A DNA stretch of 64,000 bases from Eledone cirrhosa (lineage: Eukaryota), in NCBI GenBank assembly GCA_964016885.1, contig OZ024743.1, positions 244,280,001 through 244,344,000 on the forward strand. Direction: 5' to 3'. Shown here in pieces: positions 28,367-41,400 of the stretch. The notes below the pieces were generated by a model, which had not been told where the DNA came from, did no database searches, and saw only the letters and a list, made by a program, of their open reading frames with translations. Both the position numbers and the translations under genes were made by a program. Positions within the stretch are counted from its first letter, which is position 1. Every line of letters starts with the position of its first letter.

Positions 28367-28818
28367 CAGAGAGAGAGAGAGAGAATGAAGGGGGAAGGAG
28401 AAAGAAGTGTTGCCGTAATCTTTGTTAAAGGACGCTGCAAATATTAGTAGTGGATGAGATATTGGTGCAATACGAAAAACATCCTGGGGTTATAGTCGGG
28501 GCGCTTCTTTTCTTCTTTTCTTAATCTTATGTTCCGCTTGGATCCCTTGCTCTGATGGAGACAGATTTATCAGCCAAGATACACCAATCTCATGTTTTGG
28601 TCACGACCCCCGTCTTTAATAAGTGCCGGCGAGATCAAAGTAACAGAGAAGGTAAAGCGAAAACAAGTGATTGTGCTTGTGGTATAAGGGGAAGCATGAC
28701 GTATGTATGTATGTATGTATGTATGTATGTATGTATGTATGTATGTATGTATGTATGTATGTATGTATGTATGTATGTATGTATGTATGTATCTCTCTCA
28801 CTCTCTCTTGATATATAT

Positions 28819-28904
<86 letters not shown>

Positions 28905-29004
28905 CTATAACATTCGTTGTCTCAGCCTGCGGCAGATTGCGTACAAACATGAGTTTGTTACTTCCATGTATATATTTATGTGTTTGCGTGCGTGTATCTG
29001 TGTT

Positions 29005-29153
<149 letters not shown>

Positions 29154-29638
29154 ATATTTATATATATTTATATATATATTTATATATATATATATATATA
29201 AATATATATATATATATTTATATATATATATATATATATTTATACATACACATACATAAAGACCCATGAAAAAGGAAAATGGACAGAGAGGGTGTGGGTG
29301 AAATGAGTTGCGAAAGATAGAGACAGCTAGATGGAGAGAGAGAGAGAGAGTCGTGGTGAGACATGTTGGAAGTGATCAAAGCAATGTTACTTAGTAAACT
29401 AATTTTCGTGCAGAGCTGGTGATGTGTGAGAGATGAGCGGTGTAGAGGAGTGGAAAGAGGTAGAGAGGGGTTGAATCTCAAATTAGTAATTGTTAATTAA
29501 AGTGGTGAATTGTGGCCTTCCGAAAATAAACTTTTTGTTTGGAATGTATATTGAGGTCAACAGCAAAATCCAATGCCCCCGTCCGAAATACCCCCCCCCC
29601 CCCCTCTCTCTCTCTCTCTCCCTTTCTCACTCAATCTG

Positions 29639-29730
<92 letters not shown>

Positions 29731-29825
29731 AAAATTGAACGGGAACAAAACAGAGAGGCAGTACGAACAAAGGTTTATTAATTTCATGCTCTTGAGAGTG
29801 GGGTGGTGATATATATATATATACA

Positions 29826-29882
<57 letters not shown>

Positions 29883-29921
29883 GTATATATGTGTATGTAT
29901 ATATATATGTGTGTATATATG

Positions 29922-30005
<84 letters not shown>

Positions 30006-30254
30006 CATAAATATATATATATGCATACATAATATATACAAAATGTATGTACCCATCAACAGCATTCTATTAAATAATGCCTGTACAGATAATCAAAGTG
30101 TTTATACATTTTTTGTGTGTGTGTGTGGGGGGGGGGGGGCTCTGTATATACGCACGCATATATATTTATACATGTGTATGTGTGTGCGTGCGTGTGTGTG
30201 TGTGTGTCTGTGTGTGTGTCTGAGAGAGAAGGAGAGAGAAAGAGAGAGAGCGGG

Positions 30255-30545
30255 CGTTTGGTTTAGTGGTTAGACTGTTCGGCTCTATCGTAATGTTGAG
30301 TTGGATTCCTGTGTCTTTGGAGAAGACACTATATTTCATGTTGCTACAGTTTACTTTGCTGGCAAAAATAAGACGATCCTGTAATTTAAAGAGCACATCT
30401 TATCCCTCACCATGACACACTGAATCTCCCTGAAAACTACGTTAAGAGTGCCATTGTCTGCTAAACTACTTGCATGTTAATTTCATGAGCAGACTTTTCC
30501 GTTGATCGAATCAACTGGAACACTTGTCGTTGGAACTGACGATGG
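30255..30545 (+). mobile_element. tRNA-derived SINE
   Basis: ggcgtttggtttagtggttag A box; body matches 9833-10115. Confidence 0.65.
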
Positions 30546-30639
30546 TCTAACACACACGAACTTGTATTCGGAAGGTGTGGCTGATGAGGGATTGAATGGA
30601 TGCTTCCGTTACGTAGTACCTCGTTGTTGTTTTTCCGTT

Positions 30640-30689
<50 letters not shown>

Positions 30690-30820
30690 GTATATACATA
30701 GTTCGGCATAAAAGAAAACAAAAAACTGACAAACGCAGGAGTAAATGTTACAAATATTATTAGTTTCACGCTTGGTGAGTGTGGGATGTGTGTGTATATA
30801 TATATATTTTTTTTTTAAAT

Positions 30821-31032
30821 TAAAATAACAGATTAAAGTTTAAGCAAAGAATCGCTGCTTTCACTCTTAACGGGATCTTCTGAAGATCCCGTTAAGGGTG
30901 AAAGCAGCGATTCATTGCTTAAACTTTAATCTGTTATTTTAATAAATATTTGCTCTACGGTTCTTGTATATTTGATATATATTTATCCTTATTGAGCCCT
31001 CTTTGGATTTTAGTCTTCAAATTTATTATTAT

Positions 31033-31036
<4 letters not shown>
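30821..31036. repeat. family I element with 5' inverted arm
   Basis: 30821-30880 is the reverse complement of 30882-30941; right arm nearly identical to 28063-28218. Confidence 0.9.
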
Positions 31037-31094
<58 letters not shown>

Positions 31095-31684
31095 TCTCTT
31101 ACCCACATTTTCTTTCTCCCTCCATCTCTTTCTCTCTCTCCCGCTCTTTCTCCCTCTCCCTCTCCCTCTCTATTATCGTCATCTAGTCCTCCCTCTCCTC
31201 CTTTTTCTATGTGTGTTGTGGTCAGTACTATTATATTTTGCACAAGTTAAGATTTCAGAGATTTCCACCAGGTTTTATACAATAACGATGCATCCATGCA
31301 TGTAGATTGTTCTCCTCTCATCTTCTCTCGTTTTCCTATTACATCTCATCCTCACCATCTCTTTCCCCGTATCTCTCTGTCCCCCCCCCCCCCCCCCCAC
31401 TTCTTGATATTATTTCGGTAACTGCTGGTGAACTCAATCAACATAAGGTTTATTCTCGCCCGCACAGATATTATCAAATTAATTATGATTACTCATTCGA
31501 AATTTTCCCCATACGAAAATTACTTTATAAAGAGATAGTATAGTACTTTGATGGGACAGTCTCACAAATATTCCCCCGTCTCTCTCTCTCTCTCCCTCTC
31601 TCTCTCCCTCTCTCTCTCTCTCTTACTCTCTCCATCTTCCCGATGGGTACTCAATACGTTACTAGAGTTTAGGCATCTTTATTT

Positions 31685-31800
31685 CATATAGAAGTGACTT
31701 CTACAGTACTAGAACTGTTTCATTCGTGTGAAATCATCAAAAAGATCCTGATGATTTCATATGAATGAAACAGTTCTAGTTGTGTAAAGGTCATTTGTAT
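31685..31800. repeat. diverged palindrome with hammerhead core CTGATGA-tttc atat gaat-GAAACAGTT (31748-31775)
   Basis: actagaactgttttcattcgtgtgaaatcatca / tgatgatttcatatgaatgaaacagttctagt; related sequence at 36570-36620. Confidence 0.7.
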
Positions 31801-31804
31801 ATAA

Positions 31805-31870
<66 letters not shown>

Positions 31871-32313
31871 TCGGTTTTCTCGTTGCTTTGGTCCTTGCGG
31901 CTGGCTCACCGGTCGCAATCTTCAATTTGTCAAGCTGTCAAAACGTAATGTTATTACTCTAAGGTAAAATACCTTATTGAGTGCTTAGCTGCACATTCCG
32001 ATTGCATTCGTTAGCTTAGCTGCAGCCAGAGCTTCGATTCTACTAAACTTCCATTTGTATATATATATATATATATGATAATAATGGAGCTGCGGCGTTG
32101 CAAATGGGATACATATGAAAAAGTGAGTCCTTCATCAGTGACCCTCCAACCGTCCTGGGCATTTCATCGCTTTAAGGGCCATATGCCTCGGGTTGGTGCG
32201 AACAACGGCTAAAAAAAGTCGTTGGCACACGTAAATAAAGGGGGACGCCAGAGTAACAACAAAAAGTTTTAGCAACGGAAAGTGAGTAGAAATAGACAAG
32301 TCCCAGATCTCTA

Positions 32314-32397
<84 letters not shown>

Positions 32398-32464
32398 AGT
32401 GCTGACACCGGGGAGACCACAAATCGGGGGAGTAGTCTAGTAGTCAATGCATGAGAAGAAGCAG

Positions 32465-32620
32465 AGTGGGTACAGAGGAAGGTAAAAACCCAACCGCGAC
32501 GCCAAGCTGTTTCAGCTTGTGTTCGGCCAGCCTTTTAGGGGTAAACACCCTAGAAAAAGCTTATCGAAAACAAGCAGAAACCGCTTGACGTCGCGGTCGG
32601 GCTTTTACCTTCCTTTCTCA
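32465..32620. repeat. diverged palindrome between (GA)n and (CT)n tracts
   Basis: aggaaggtaaaaacccaaccgcgacgccaagc / gcttgacgtcgcggtcgggcttttaccttcct. Confidence 0.8.
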
Positions 32621-32644
32621 CTCGTTCTCTCTCTCTCTCTCTCT

Positions 32645-32709
<65 letters not shown>

Positions 32710-32787
32710 TTATATATATATATACCCACTTGTCCAGCTATCTAAGTCTATCTTTCTCTCCCTTTCCTCCTCTCTTATACCCCCCCC

Positions 32788-32851
<64 letters not shown>

Positions 32852-33290
32852 TGTATGTATGTATGTATGTATGCGTGTGTGCGTGTATTTAATCATTAAC
32901 ATGTGGTTTGATAGATGTGCAAATTCTAGGTCTTTCTATTGTTTTAGAGAAGTTTCTTGTTCTGGCCTTTTCATCAGAATCTCTAAATTTATAAAAAGAA
33001 ATCCTTTAAACACAGAATTTCTATCAATCACTTTTTGTATTTTTACTTAATATATCGATCTATGAGTCGGGCTCCGCAGTTATAAATTTGCTCTATAAAA
33101 ATTTCCGTTATGTATTTCATTATGGAAGCCCCAACAAGTGGTTGAATATATATAAATCCATTGTTAACAAAACAAAAAAATTCAAATGAAAAAAGAGAGT
33201 TTAACGAGAGACAATAGATTGAAGGAGTAGAAGGTAGTGGAAGGGAAGGAGAGGGAATAGAGAACTTCATAGAAGACAAAGAAATATTAT

Positions 33291-33358
33291 GTCGTCAAGT
33301 ATGAAATTTGTAGAAATTCGTAGAAAAAAAAATTTCTACAAATTTCATACTTGACGAC
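33291..33358. repeat. perfect 28-bp-arm inverted repeat
   Basis: gtcgtcaagtatgaaatttgtagaaatt ... aatttctacaaatttcatacttgacgac. Confidence 0.9.
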
Positions 33359-33854
33359 CCAATAAAAACAAGATGGATCCATCGACTCTTTTTTAAAGGC
33401 GGGTGACGGTTGACTTCTGATGTGGACCATGCAAAAAGTCTATAAACAACTATGTAGGTTCCACATAATGTGGCGATATGGCCGTGGACGCATTATGGCC
33501 GAATAATCAAGAAGTTCGATTCTCGGTCGTTAGGTCCTGAGTTCAATCACACTGCTTGGAATTTTGGGCACGTGCCATTTACCATAATATCGGCTTGGCT
33601 CATGCCTTGTGAGTAAAATTGGACAGACAGTTACTGTTTGGAAACTCGTCCGTTTGACTGAACCTGTAATTCAAAGGACCAGCCTTGTTCCACATTGTCA
33701 CGTTAAAACTCCTTAAAATTTACATTAAGTGTACACGAGTATATGGAATTCTCAGCGACTTACACGTTAATTTCAAGTTCCGCTCCAATGTAGCCTAAGC
33801 AATGCTGCGAAGGGTATAATGTAAATGGTCTTTTACCTTATTCTGCGTTCAACA

Positions 33855-34085
33855 TGCCAATACTGGAGTCAGTTGTGTAAATGTGCGTGGCCTAGGGTTG
33901 GCTTGGTAACAAAGCCACATTCTTAGATGAAGTGACCATTTTAAGAGATCCTGGACTCACGTGCTCACTATATTTCTCAATAATTACAAAGTGTGTTCAT
34001 CCTTTGGTCGGCACCAATCAGGTGGAGCATCGTATTGTTTCGAAATGGTCTGGTTCTCTCAAGGTTAGGATGAACTCCTTCCATA
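33855..34085 (+). mobile_element. Tx1-like APE N-terminal relic
   Basis: GVSCVNVRGLG motif at ~33863-33897. Confidence 0.45.
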
Positions 34086-34729
34086 TACATAGTGGTAATT
34101 ATTCTCTAATGCCGCCAACTGGCAAGATAGCTAGAACGTAGGATAAAATGGTTTGCTATATTCGTTACGGCTCTCTGTGCACTGAGTTCAAATTCCACCA
34201 ATGTTAACTTTGACGTTCACCTTTAGGGGTCGATAAATAAAGTACTAATCTAGTACTGGGGTATATACTACTTCCCACTATCTCTTTCTCTCACTAGAAG
34301 ACAACAGCTGTATTCAGGAGTTGAGGGCCTCGGTGTGAATTATTTGAATTATTCTCTATACAACATCACATTTGACCACCACCACAAGTTTTCTAATCGG
34401 TGGATTGGCAGTATCGATAGTGTCGGACGCCATGCTTTGCAGCATAGAGTTACGCCCCTTTACGGTCTGAGCTCAAATCCCACCGAGATTAACTTTGCCT
34501 TTCATCCTTACGGGATCGATAAAATAAGGTACCAGTAATGCACTGGGTAATTGCTGGCCTTGTGCCATAAATAGAAACAATTATCATTACTTCCGATCCA
34601 AATAAGTAAGAAGCATCAAATAGTATGTTCCTTTCGTAATATGGTTAAGCACAAAGAGCTAAAGTGGATCCCAGCAATATCAACTTTTATCAATACCAAC
34701 GACAGATGAATCGAATCAGCTAGAACCTC

Positions 34730-34870
34730 ACACACATACACAAACCTCCTTGCCCTACACCGTCCACTTCATTCAGTCTTTCCTCTCCACAATGTCAACT
34801 CTCTGGAATTCTCTATCTATTTTTTTCTCTGACTGTTATCTTGCAGTCGTTTAAGATGACCATTAACCTA
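34730..34870 (+). mobile_element. CR1/L2-group LINE 3' relic
   Basis: HFIQSFL...STLWNSL, resembling the SF..RT..LWN.L terminus. Confidence 0.45.
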
Positions 34871-35789
34871 GTCGATCTCCCAGGTCTAGAATAATCTGCG
34901 TATGCCATAGATGGAAGCTCCTTCCTCCAGACCAAACCGTTTTAAAAATAATGATAATGAATAAATAACACTATGTTAGTATCTATTCAATGAAATATCG
35001 TATTGCACTTTCAACCTCCTCTCCTTAGTTTCTTTCTTTGTCACCCTAACATTTTTATTTTAAAAAAACAAAACAAAAAAAAACAACAACATTAGGTTGA
35101 TATTTGAACATATCTATTGCCGTACAAAAAGAAATGTAAATTAGTGTTTGGAAGATGTTTTGTTAAACATATATGTTAAGACACCTGTGATAGTGATATA
35201 AAGGATTTCTCACAGTCAAACTGTCGACCATATAAAAAGAGCGAAATACATACTTCTTGAGAAGAAAGGGAAACTAAATACACACAAAAACAGCGATAAA
35301 AAATTAGAAAGAAAAATTTATTCATGTCATATTGAAGCGGCGGCATTTTCTAACCTTGTTGAATATATTCCGTGTAACTAGAAGAGCTTAATATTTTAAT
35401 ACCCGCATAGATTTTTCAACTAACACGACAAAATATCGTCTAGGTGTGACAAACGACAACTTTTGTCCTTTCTAGCTTACTATCTTACACTAACATTCTG
35501 GTGGCTTTAATGGATGGACACATTTCAAATGTGAGTCTTTTCAATCGTTTCTGTTGTTATTTATATCCAGATCAGCTCTGGTCAATCTGATTTATGATCA
35601 AGGGCGCTCTACCTATAACAGCTGGAGCAGACTGTGTTATCCAATATGTCTTGATATTTTAAAATCTAATTTCAGAGCGATTTGGGTGTTATATCTAGCA
35701 ACTCGTGCAGCTACGTAGAGACTTCCGTTTAAATGATTTTTTTCATCTACAACGTTTGACTATTTTATAGTCACTTTGGGAATTTAGGT

Positions 35790-36110
35790 CTATTTGCCTG
35801 TTGTACTATTCTTCTTCTGGTACATTCCCTATTCCACTCTTGCTTACATGTCTCAGTCCTTGGTGTCCTTTTACATCACGGATCACAGGTCTCTCGCACC
35901 AGGATCGAACAGAGTCTGATTTTTCGCCTTGGGTCCAGTTTCCCCAATGGACTCAACTCCCCTCCCCAATTTCTTTAATATTACACACATATGTTTCTGC
36001 ATGCTTCTCTACCCCTTGCCACTGTCACGTTTACCTCGTCCCTTGTCACACACGCGCTCGTACATTCACCCCTAGGCTCCTATGACACATATCCTCTTAG
36101 CTTCGTACAG
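35790..36110 (+). mobile_element. Penelope-like GIY-YIG C-terminus and 3' region
   Basis: 35907-35957 reads EQSLIFRLGSSFPNGLN, the E..LIF.LGT..P.GLN tail of Neptune-type PLEs. Confidence 0.7.
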
Positions 36111-36117
36111 ACGTATA

Positions 36118-36153
<36 letters not shown>

Positions 36154-36259
36154 GCATATATATTATATATATATGTGTGTGTGTGCGTGTGTGTGCGTGT
36201 ATGTGTGTGTCTGTGTGGGTGTTTGTTTGTGTGAATATGTGTATGTAGCAATATCCGTA

Positions 36260-36530
36260 GATGTGGAAAGGAAAAAGGAAAACAGTGCTCAATCAGGAAG
36301 AGAGCAGAAATATTATATCATTTATTTATGTCCATACACGGAATAAAAGCGCTACCTGAGGTTTCAAGGTCCAAATTTGACCATACCTCCAGAAAACAAG
36401 AAAAATAACAGGTCCATTCATGTTGATATCTCTTGGAAATTGATGCTGGCGTTTTGTGGTTGATATACTTTTTTTTTCTTTAGAAAAGTGGATGGCGGAG
36501 CACGTCTATCTGAAAGGGAAAAAAACATTT
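36260..36530 (-). mobile_element. Penelope-like 3' end with decayed hammerhead (36353-36392)
   Basis: minus: SKEKKYIN endonuclease-tail-like peptide, then ctggagg..ggtc aaattt ggacc..GAAA-cct c agg-TA. Confidence 0.5.
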
Positions 36531-36630
36531 TGTATATAGAGTTATACCACAGTAAGTAAGGTACTCAATACAGGATTTCTTTCGAATAAAACAGTTCTAG
36601 TCCTGTAGAAGTCATTTCTGTATCAAATGT

Positions 36631-36692
<62 letters not shown>

Positions 36693-37197
36693 AAAGGTAA
36701 ACATAAATAACAACACAATCGGTATAGTATATGGAAGGAATATATTAGTAGGTTGACGCTTGAAATAGCAGGAAGAGGGTCTTAACATTTCGGACGCTAA
36801 TCTTTCAACACAAGAAAGAATGAGAAATATGATAGATTGAAGGGACGAGCGGGCTGGAATTGGAAAAAATGTCTTTAGATAAAAGTAACAGGTCTATTCA
36901 TGTTGACATCAATAGATCCTTTTCAAACAAGAAAAGAGAAAATATAGGTGAAGAAAAAATTATTACAGCTCAAAATATGAGATCTATCACAATAAACCAT
37001 TCAGAAAGCTAAATACAATTCAGTTTGAGTTGTATGAAATCCTTGGCTGAAGATGTTTAAGTAACAATATAAATTCATAGAGCAAAAATATTACAATATT
37101 ATTACAATAATATCATTGTAATATATATATATATGTGTGTGTGTGTGGTGGTTGACGATTGAGAGAAAATAATACTAAATACCGAAATAGAGTTTTA

Positions 37198-37362
37198 ATA
37201 TTCATTTTATTAAGGTTAATTAGTGAGTTTTGTTACTCTGGAGTTTTTCCTGATTATCACTGGGTCATCAGACAAGATGATTTCTTGTCTGATGACCCTG
37301 TGATAAACAGACGAAACTCCAGAGTAACAAGTCTCTCTATTTAGCCCTAATAAAATGAATAT
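37198..37362. repeat. diverged palindrome (family C) carrying a hammerhead
   Basis: arms meet at caaga tgatt tcttg (37273-37288); ends in (TA)n. Confidence 0.9.
37284..37331 (+). ncRNA. type-I hammerhead ribozyme motif (family C)
   Basis: cttgt-CTGATGA-ccctg..cagac-GAAA-ctc ca gag-TA-acaag; GUA triplet; stem II imperfect. Confidence 0.7.
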
Positions 37363-37389
37363 ATATATATATATGTGTATGTATGTATC

Positions 37390-37937
37390 GTATAGTATAT
37401 TTGGCAATATACTGTATGTTTAATTACTAGAATTCTATAAGAATCCAGCCTCTATAATTTTCGTTGCTCTGAGGAACACCAACAGTGTGAAACAGAATCT
37501 GTCAGCTTCTCTCCCTTCCTTTGCCGAAAAAAGAAGTAAGTGACATAGTCACTACTTTAAAATAATAGCGCAAGGTCTTCAAATTGTTTTTAATTAAGCA
37601 TACAGTATATTGCCAAATATACTATACATACATTCATGTATACATCGCTATTTCAGAGCACCAATTCTACTTTTCAATTTTTGCTGGACGGGCAATCGCT
37701 CTGTATAATCAGTCCCTGATTATTACTGGAATTCTATAAAAATCCAGCCTCTATAATTTTCGGCAGAGGCGGGGAGTACGTTGGTCTAAGGAACACCAAC
37801 AGTGTGAAACAGAATGGCAGTTTCTCTCCTTTGCATAAAAAAAAAGAAGTGACATAGTCACTACTTTAAAATGATAGCGCAAGGTCTTCAAATTGTTTTT
37901 AATTAAACATACGGTATATTGCCAAATATACTATACA
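37390..37937 (+). mobile_element. tandem Penelope-like terminal repeats (family D) with short 5' inversion
   Basis: 37424-37630 repeated at 37722-37937; 37390-37426 is the reverse complement of the repeat 3' end. Confidence 0.8.
37466..37506 (+). ncRNA. canonical type-I hammerhead ribozyme motif (family D)
   Basis: gct-CTGAGGA-acac caaca gtgt-GAAA-cag aat ctg-TC-agc; GUC triplet, cleavage predicted after 37503. Confidence 0.8.
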
Positions 37938-37974
37938 TATATATATATATATATTCATATATGTGTGTGTGTGT

Positions 37975-38150
37975 AAAAGGTAAACAAAAATAAGAACACA
38001 ATCGGTACAGTATATGGAAGGAATATATTAGTTTAACGCTTGAAATAACAGGAAGAGGGCTTAACGTTTCGGACGCTAGTCTTTCATCAGAAGAAAGAAT
38101 GAGAAATTAGAAAGATTGAAGGGCAGGGTGGAATTGGAAAAAGTTTTTTA
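37975..38150 (-). mobile_element. Penelope-like terminal repeat (family E)
   Basis: copies at 36690-36870 and 44843-45010, partial copies at 14990-15020(+) and 46185-46255; all abut CA/TG or TA microsatellites. Confidence 0.75.
38060..38093 (-). ncRNA. minimal hammerhead ribozyme motif (family E)
   Basis: minus strand ctt-CTGATGA-aagac tagc gtcc-GAAACGTT-aag. Confidence 0.7.
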
Positions 38151-38369
38151 GAGAAATAAAAAAAAAGATAATATATATATATATATTGTGGACGTTGGAA
38201 AGGAAATAGATGGCAGGGGTGCGATGAGTGAGGTGTGATAAGTAATGGGATTGATATGATTCATATCAATCCCATTACTTATCACACCTCACTCATATAT
38301 ATATATTGCTCTTTGGCTGGTTTCAGTCATTAGGCTGCAGCCATGCTGGAACGCCACTTAGTTTTAGGG

Positions 38370-39800
38370 GATCATATCAATCCCATTATTTATCACACCT
38401 CACTCATCGCACCCCTGCCATCTATTTCCTTTCCAACGTCCACAAACCTGATAACACTTGTCGTCCTGTGCTCTACGCTTACAATTGACTTACATCACTT
38501 ATTCCTAAATACCTCGATGGAATCCTTCCAATCTTAGTCCCCACCTCCCACATCCATGACAATAACCACGCCCTCTGTCTCTTAATTCCTTTTGCTTCCT
38601 CCCTAGCTCTCCCTTGTCCTCCTCACTTTAGATAATAAATCTTTCTACACGTTTATCCCACATTATGAAGATGCTTTCCGCACCTTCTTGTATTGCTTTG
38701 ATCGGCGCACTACTCTTCTCCGACTTGCTGAGCTTGTATTTACCACTAATTGTTTCTTTTACAGTGAATTTTACCAGTAGTTAACTGATGGGATCATGGC
38801 TAACTATGCTATTTGTTGCATATGTTGAGGCCCAAATCTTAGTGCAGTTTACTGGTCCAGCCCCGGAACTTTATGGTAGATACATCAATGATTGCATTGG
38901 TGCCATTTCCTTCCCCGCGTCTAACTCATCACCTTCATCGACATTATCGACTCTATCAATCCGACATTTGGCTTTACTTCCACCATCTCCTCCTCCTCCT
39001 CCTCCTCCATTAAATCCCTCAATATCTCTGTCACCATAAGCACCCAGACTTCCGTCCCTTTTTCTCTCTCCGTTTTCTACAAACCTACTGACTCCTACTC
39101 GTATCTCAATTTCACCTCTTCCCTTTCCAACTACTCAAATTCTTCCACACCCTACTCACAATTCTTGTTTCCCCCGCTTTTGTAGCAAAAACAAGTACAT
39201 CTTCAAACCCGCAATTTTAATCGTTCTTCAGCCCTTACCATCTCCCTGACAGCTTGTCCTCTACATTCATCGTCCACTAATTAATATTTTATCTCTTCGA
39301 TAGTCCACCTTGCATACCACCCGATTCCTTCCTTTAGACCAAGTATGTCAAACTGGGGGTCCCCGAGAGCCATTGGGTCACATGTGTTGTCTGAGGCCAC
39401 ACACGACAACTAATTGTGCACATTACAACCAATTTTTTTTATTTTATATTACGAAGATAAAACATGCTCGCACTGTAAAAACCTTTGTGCGGGCAGCAGA
39501 TGTGCTTGTAAAGGGCCGCATTCAGCCCACAGGCCGCGTGTTTGACATGCCTGCTTCGGACACTACCACTTCCCCAATACTCCGCGAATGTCGCCCCCCC
39601 CCCCGCCTATCTTTCTTCAAACGGGATCATAAACTGCGTGGTCTCTTAGTCCGTAGCTCTACAACTCCTAATACTCATGTGGTTCCTTTCTTTGCTCTCG
39701 AACCCTATGCAATATCCACACACTACTACCCTCCTTGGACAGCAACAAACGTCCCTTCCATATTACTTATCAATCAACCTGTACCACGAGAAATATCATT
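38370..39800 (+). pseudogene. Penelope-like (Neptune-type) reverse transcriptase relic
   Basis: ordered motifs RTPAIYFL..VHKPDNTCRPV, LDNKSFYT.IPH, LLRLAELVFTTNC, LFVAYVE, YGRYINDCIG (RYIDD mutated), YKPTDSYSYLNFTSS, PYSQFL, AYHP, FKRDHKLRGLLVRS; many stops and frameshifts. Confidence 0.85.
39340..39553. mobile_element. hAT-type MITE nested in the PLE relic
   Basis: TIRs caagtatgtcaaac / gtttgacatgcctg; imperfect 8-bp TSD ctttagac / cttcggac. Confidence 0.8.
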
Positions 39801-40041
39801 TATAATCTTAAATAACTTTTCTGTGGAAAACAGCTGTTTGTAAATAATCGAAAGATCTTGTGTCCATTTGTTACTGCCCCATATGTACTGCAACTAATGA
39901 TATCGACCTAAAAACACCGAAACCACAAGGATCTCCAGCAGTCGACTGGAGAGAAGGGACTGCACTGTGTTTCGTCCGTTTTTCCATTGCCTTCGCCCAT
40001 TTTTTGTGATTCGTTTTGTATGATCTTAGCCATATGGCAAA

Positions 40042-40137
<96 letters not shown>

Positions 40138-40914
40138 TGGGTGTGTGTATGTGTGTAAGAGAGTGTGGGTGTGTGTGTGTAATTATAATTATATGTATAT
40201 ATGTATATATGTATGTATTCATATATATCAATTAAAGTACGACTTGAAACGATACTTCGGTTAATGGTTTGTTGCACATATGAACTAACAGATCTGCCTG
40301 GTTCAATTCACCTTTTATAGTTAATACTCATTCAGATTTTGTATTCTTAGCTGAGCCTAATTTCTAATAGAATACATTTGTATTTTATCGTATCTGTTCC
40401 GGAATTTTTTTGTATTAGTAAATTTATCCTGTTAAATTTTCATTCATAATATCATTTTCCTCGACTAGTTATTTCATTCATAATATCATTCGCCTCCACT
40501 AGTTATTTCTACATTAACTACACTCAGCATCTTTCGCAAGCATAACAACATCTATGGTTACTAAGACTATTGTTCGTTGATTGGTTGTTTATAGGATCCG
40601 AAAATTTAGCTCCCTCTCTTTTGACTAGCTCCTTTCGGACGGCAACGACAACATTGATGACTGGGAAGCTCTATTCTTGCATGGATCATATGGTGACACA
40701 GATAACAGGTGAAAATAGGAAATCAAATTTTTCTTTGCTATTGTTTTTTTTTCTTTTCTTTTTCCTCCACTAGTGGAAATGTGTAATAGTTTCAAACGAA
40801 TTTAGCTTCTTTTTCGTTAGCTTGAGAATTGGCATTAGTGGTTTTTGAGTGTATTATATTATATCTAACATGATTTTCTGCGTAACACAGTTACGAAAAA
40901 AAAAAAAAAAGAGT

Positions 40915-41400
40915 ATAGAGTAACAGTAACCCATTTCCTTGTATTTCGATACCTGGAAAAGGCTTTTGACAGTGTCTGAAGAGCTGCCATGTGGATCGTT
41001 CTCTATCCGTGTGGATGTCCGAATAATTTCATATCCCTGGTTCACGCACTGCCTGACGCTACGACAGAGTGTTTTCTATCAGCTCTATGAATGGCAGGTG
41101 TAATACAACTAGCCATTGATATCAGAGAGGTTCTTCTGCCACCATCCAGTGACTGTTGCCGTTGATCAATTGATGACTTTTTCACCGAGATTTCACATCT
41201 GCTATGCTGCTTCTCATGACTTTATCTGTCAACCTAAGCTGTGAGGCTGCCGGCCGCTATGTCCATATAATGATGACACTCAGCATCACTGTTATTTGGT
41301 GAACCCAGTCATAACAGAAATCCCAATTCCTCACCAAATTTCCCGATTCTGCATGACCAAACCAAGGTGTCACACGTCGTAAATTAAATCTCTAAGTAAT
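40915..41400 (+). mobile_element. RTE-clade RT relic
   Basis: LEKAFDSV (~40953) and GCPNNFISLVHAL (~41013). Confidence 0.55.
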
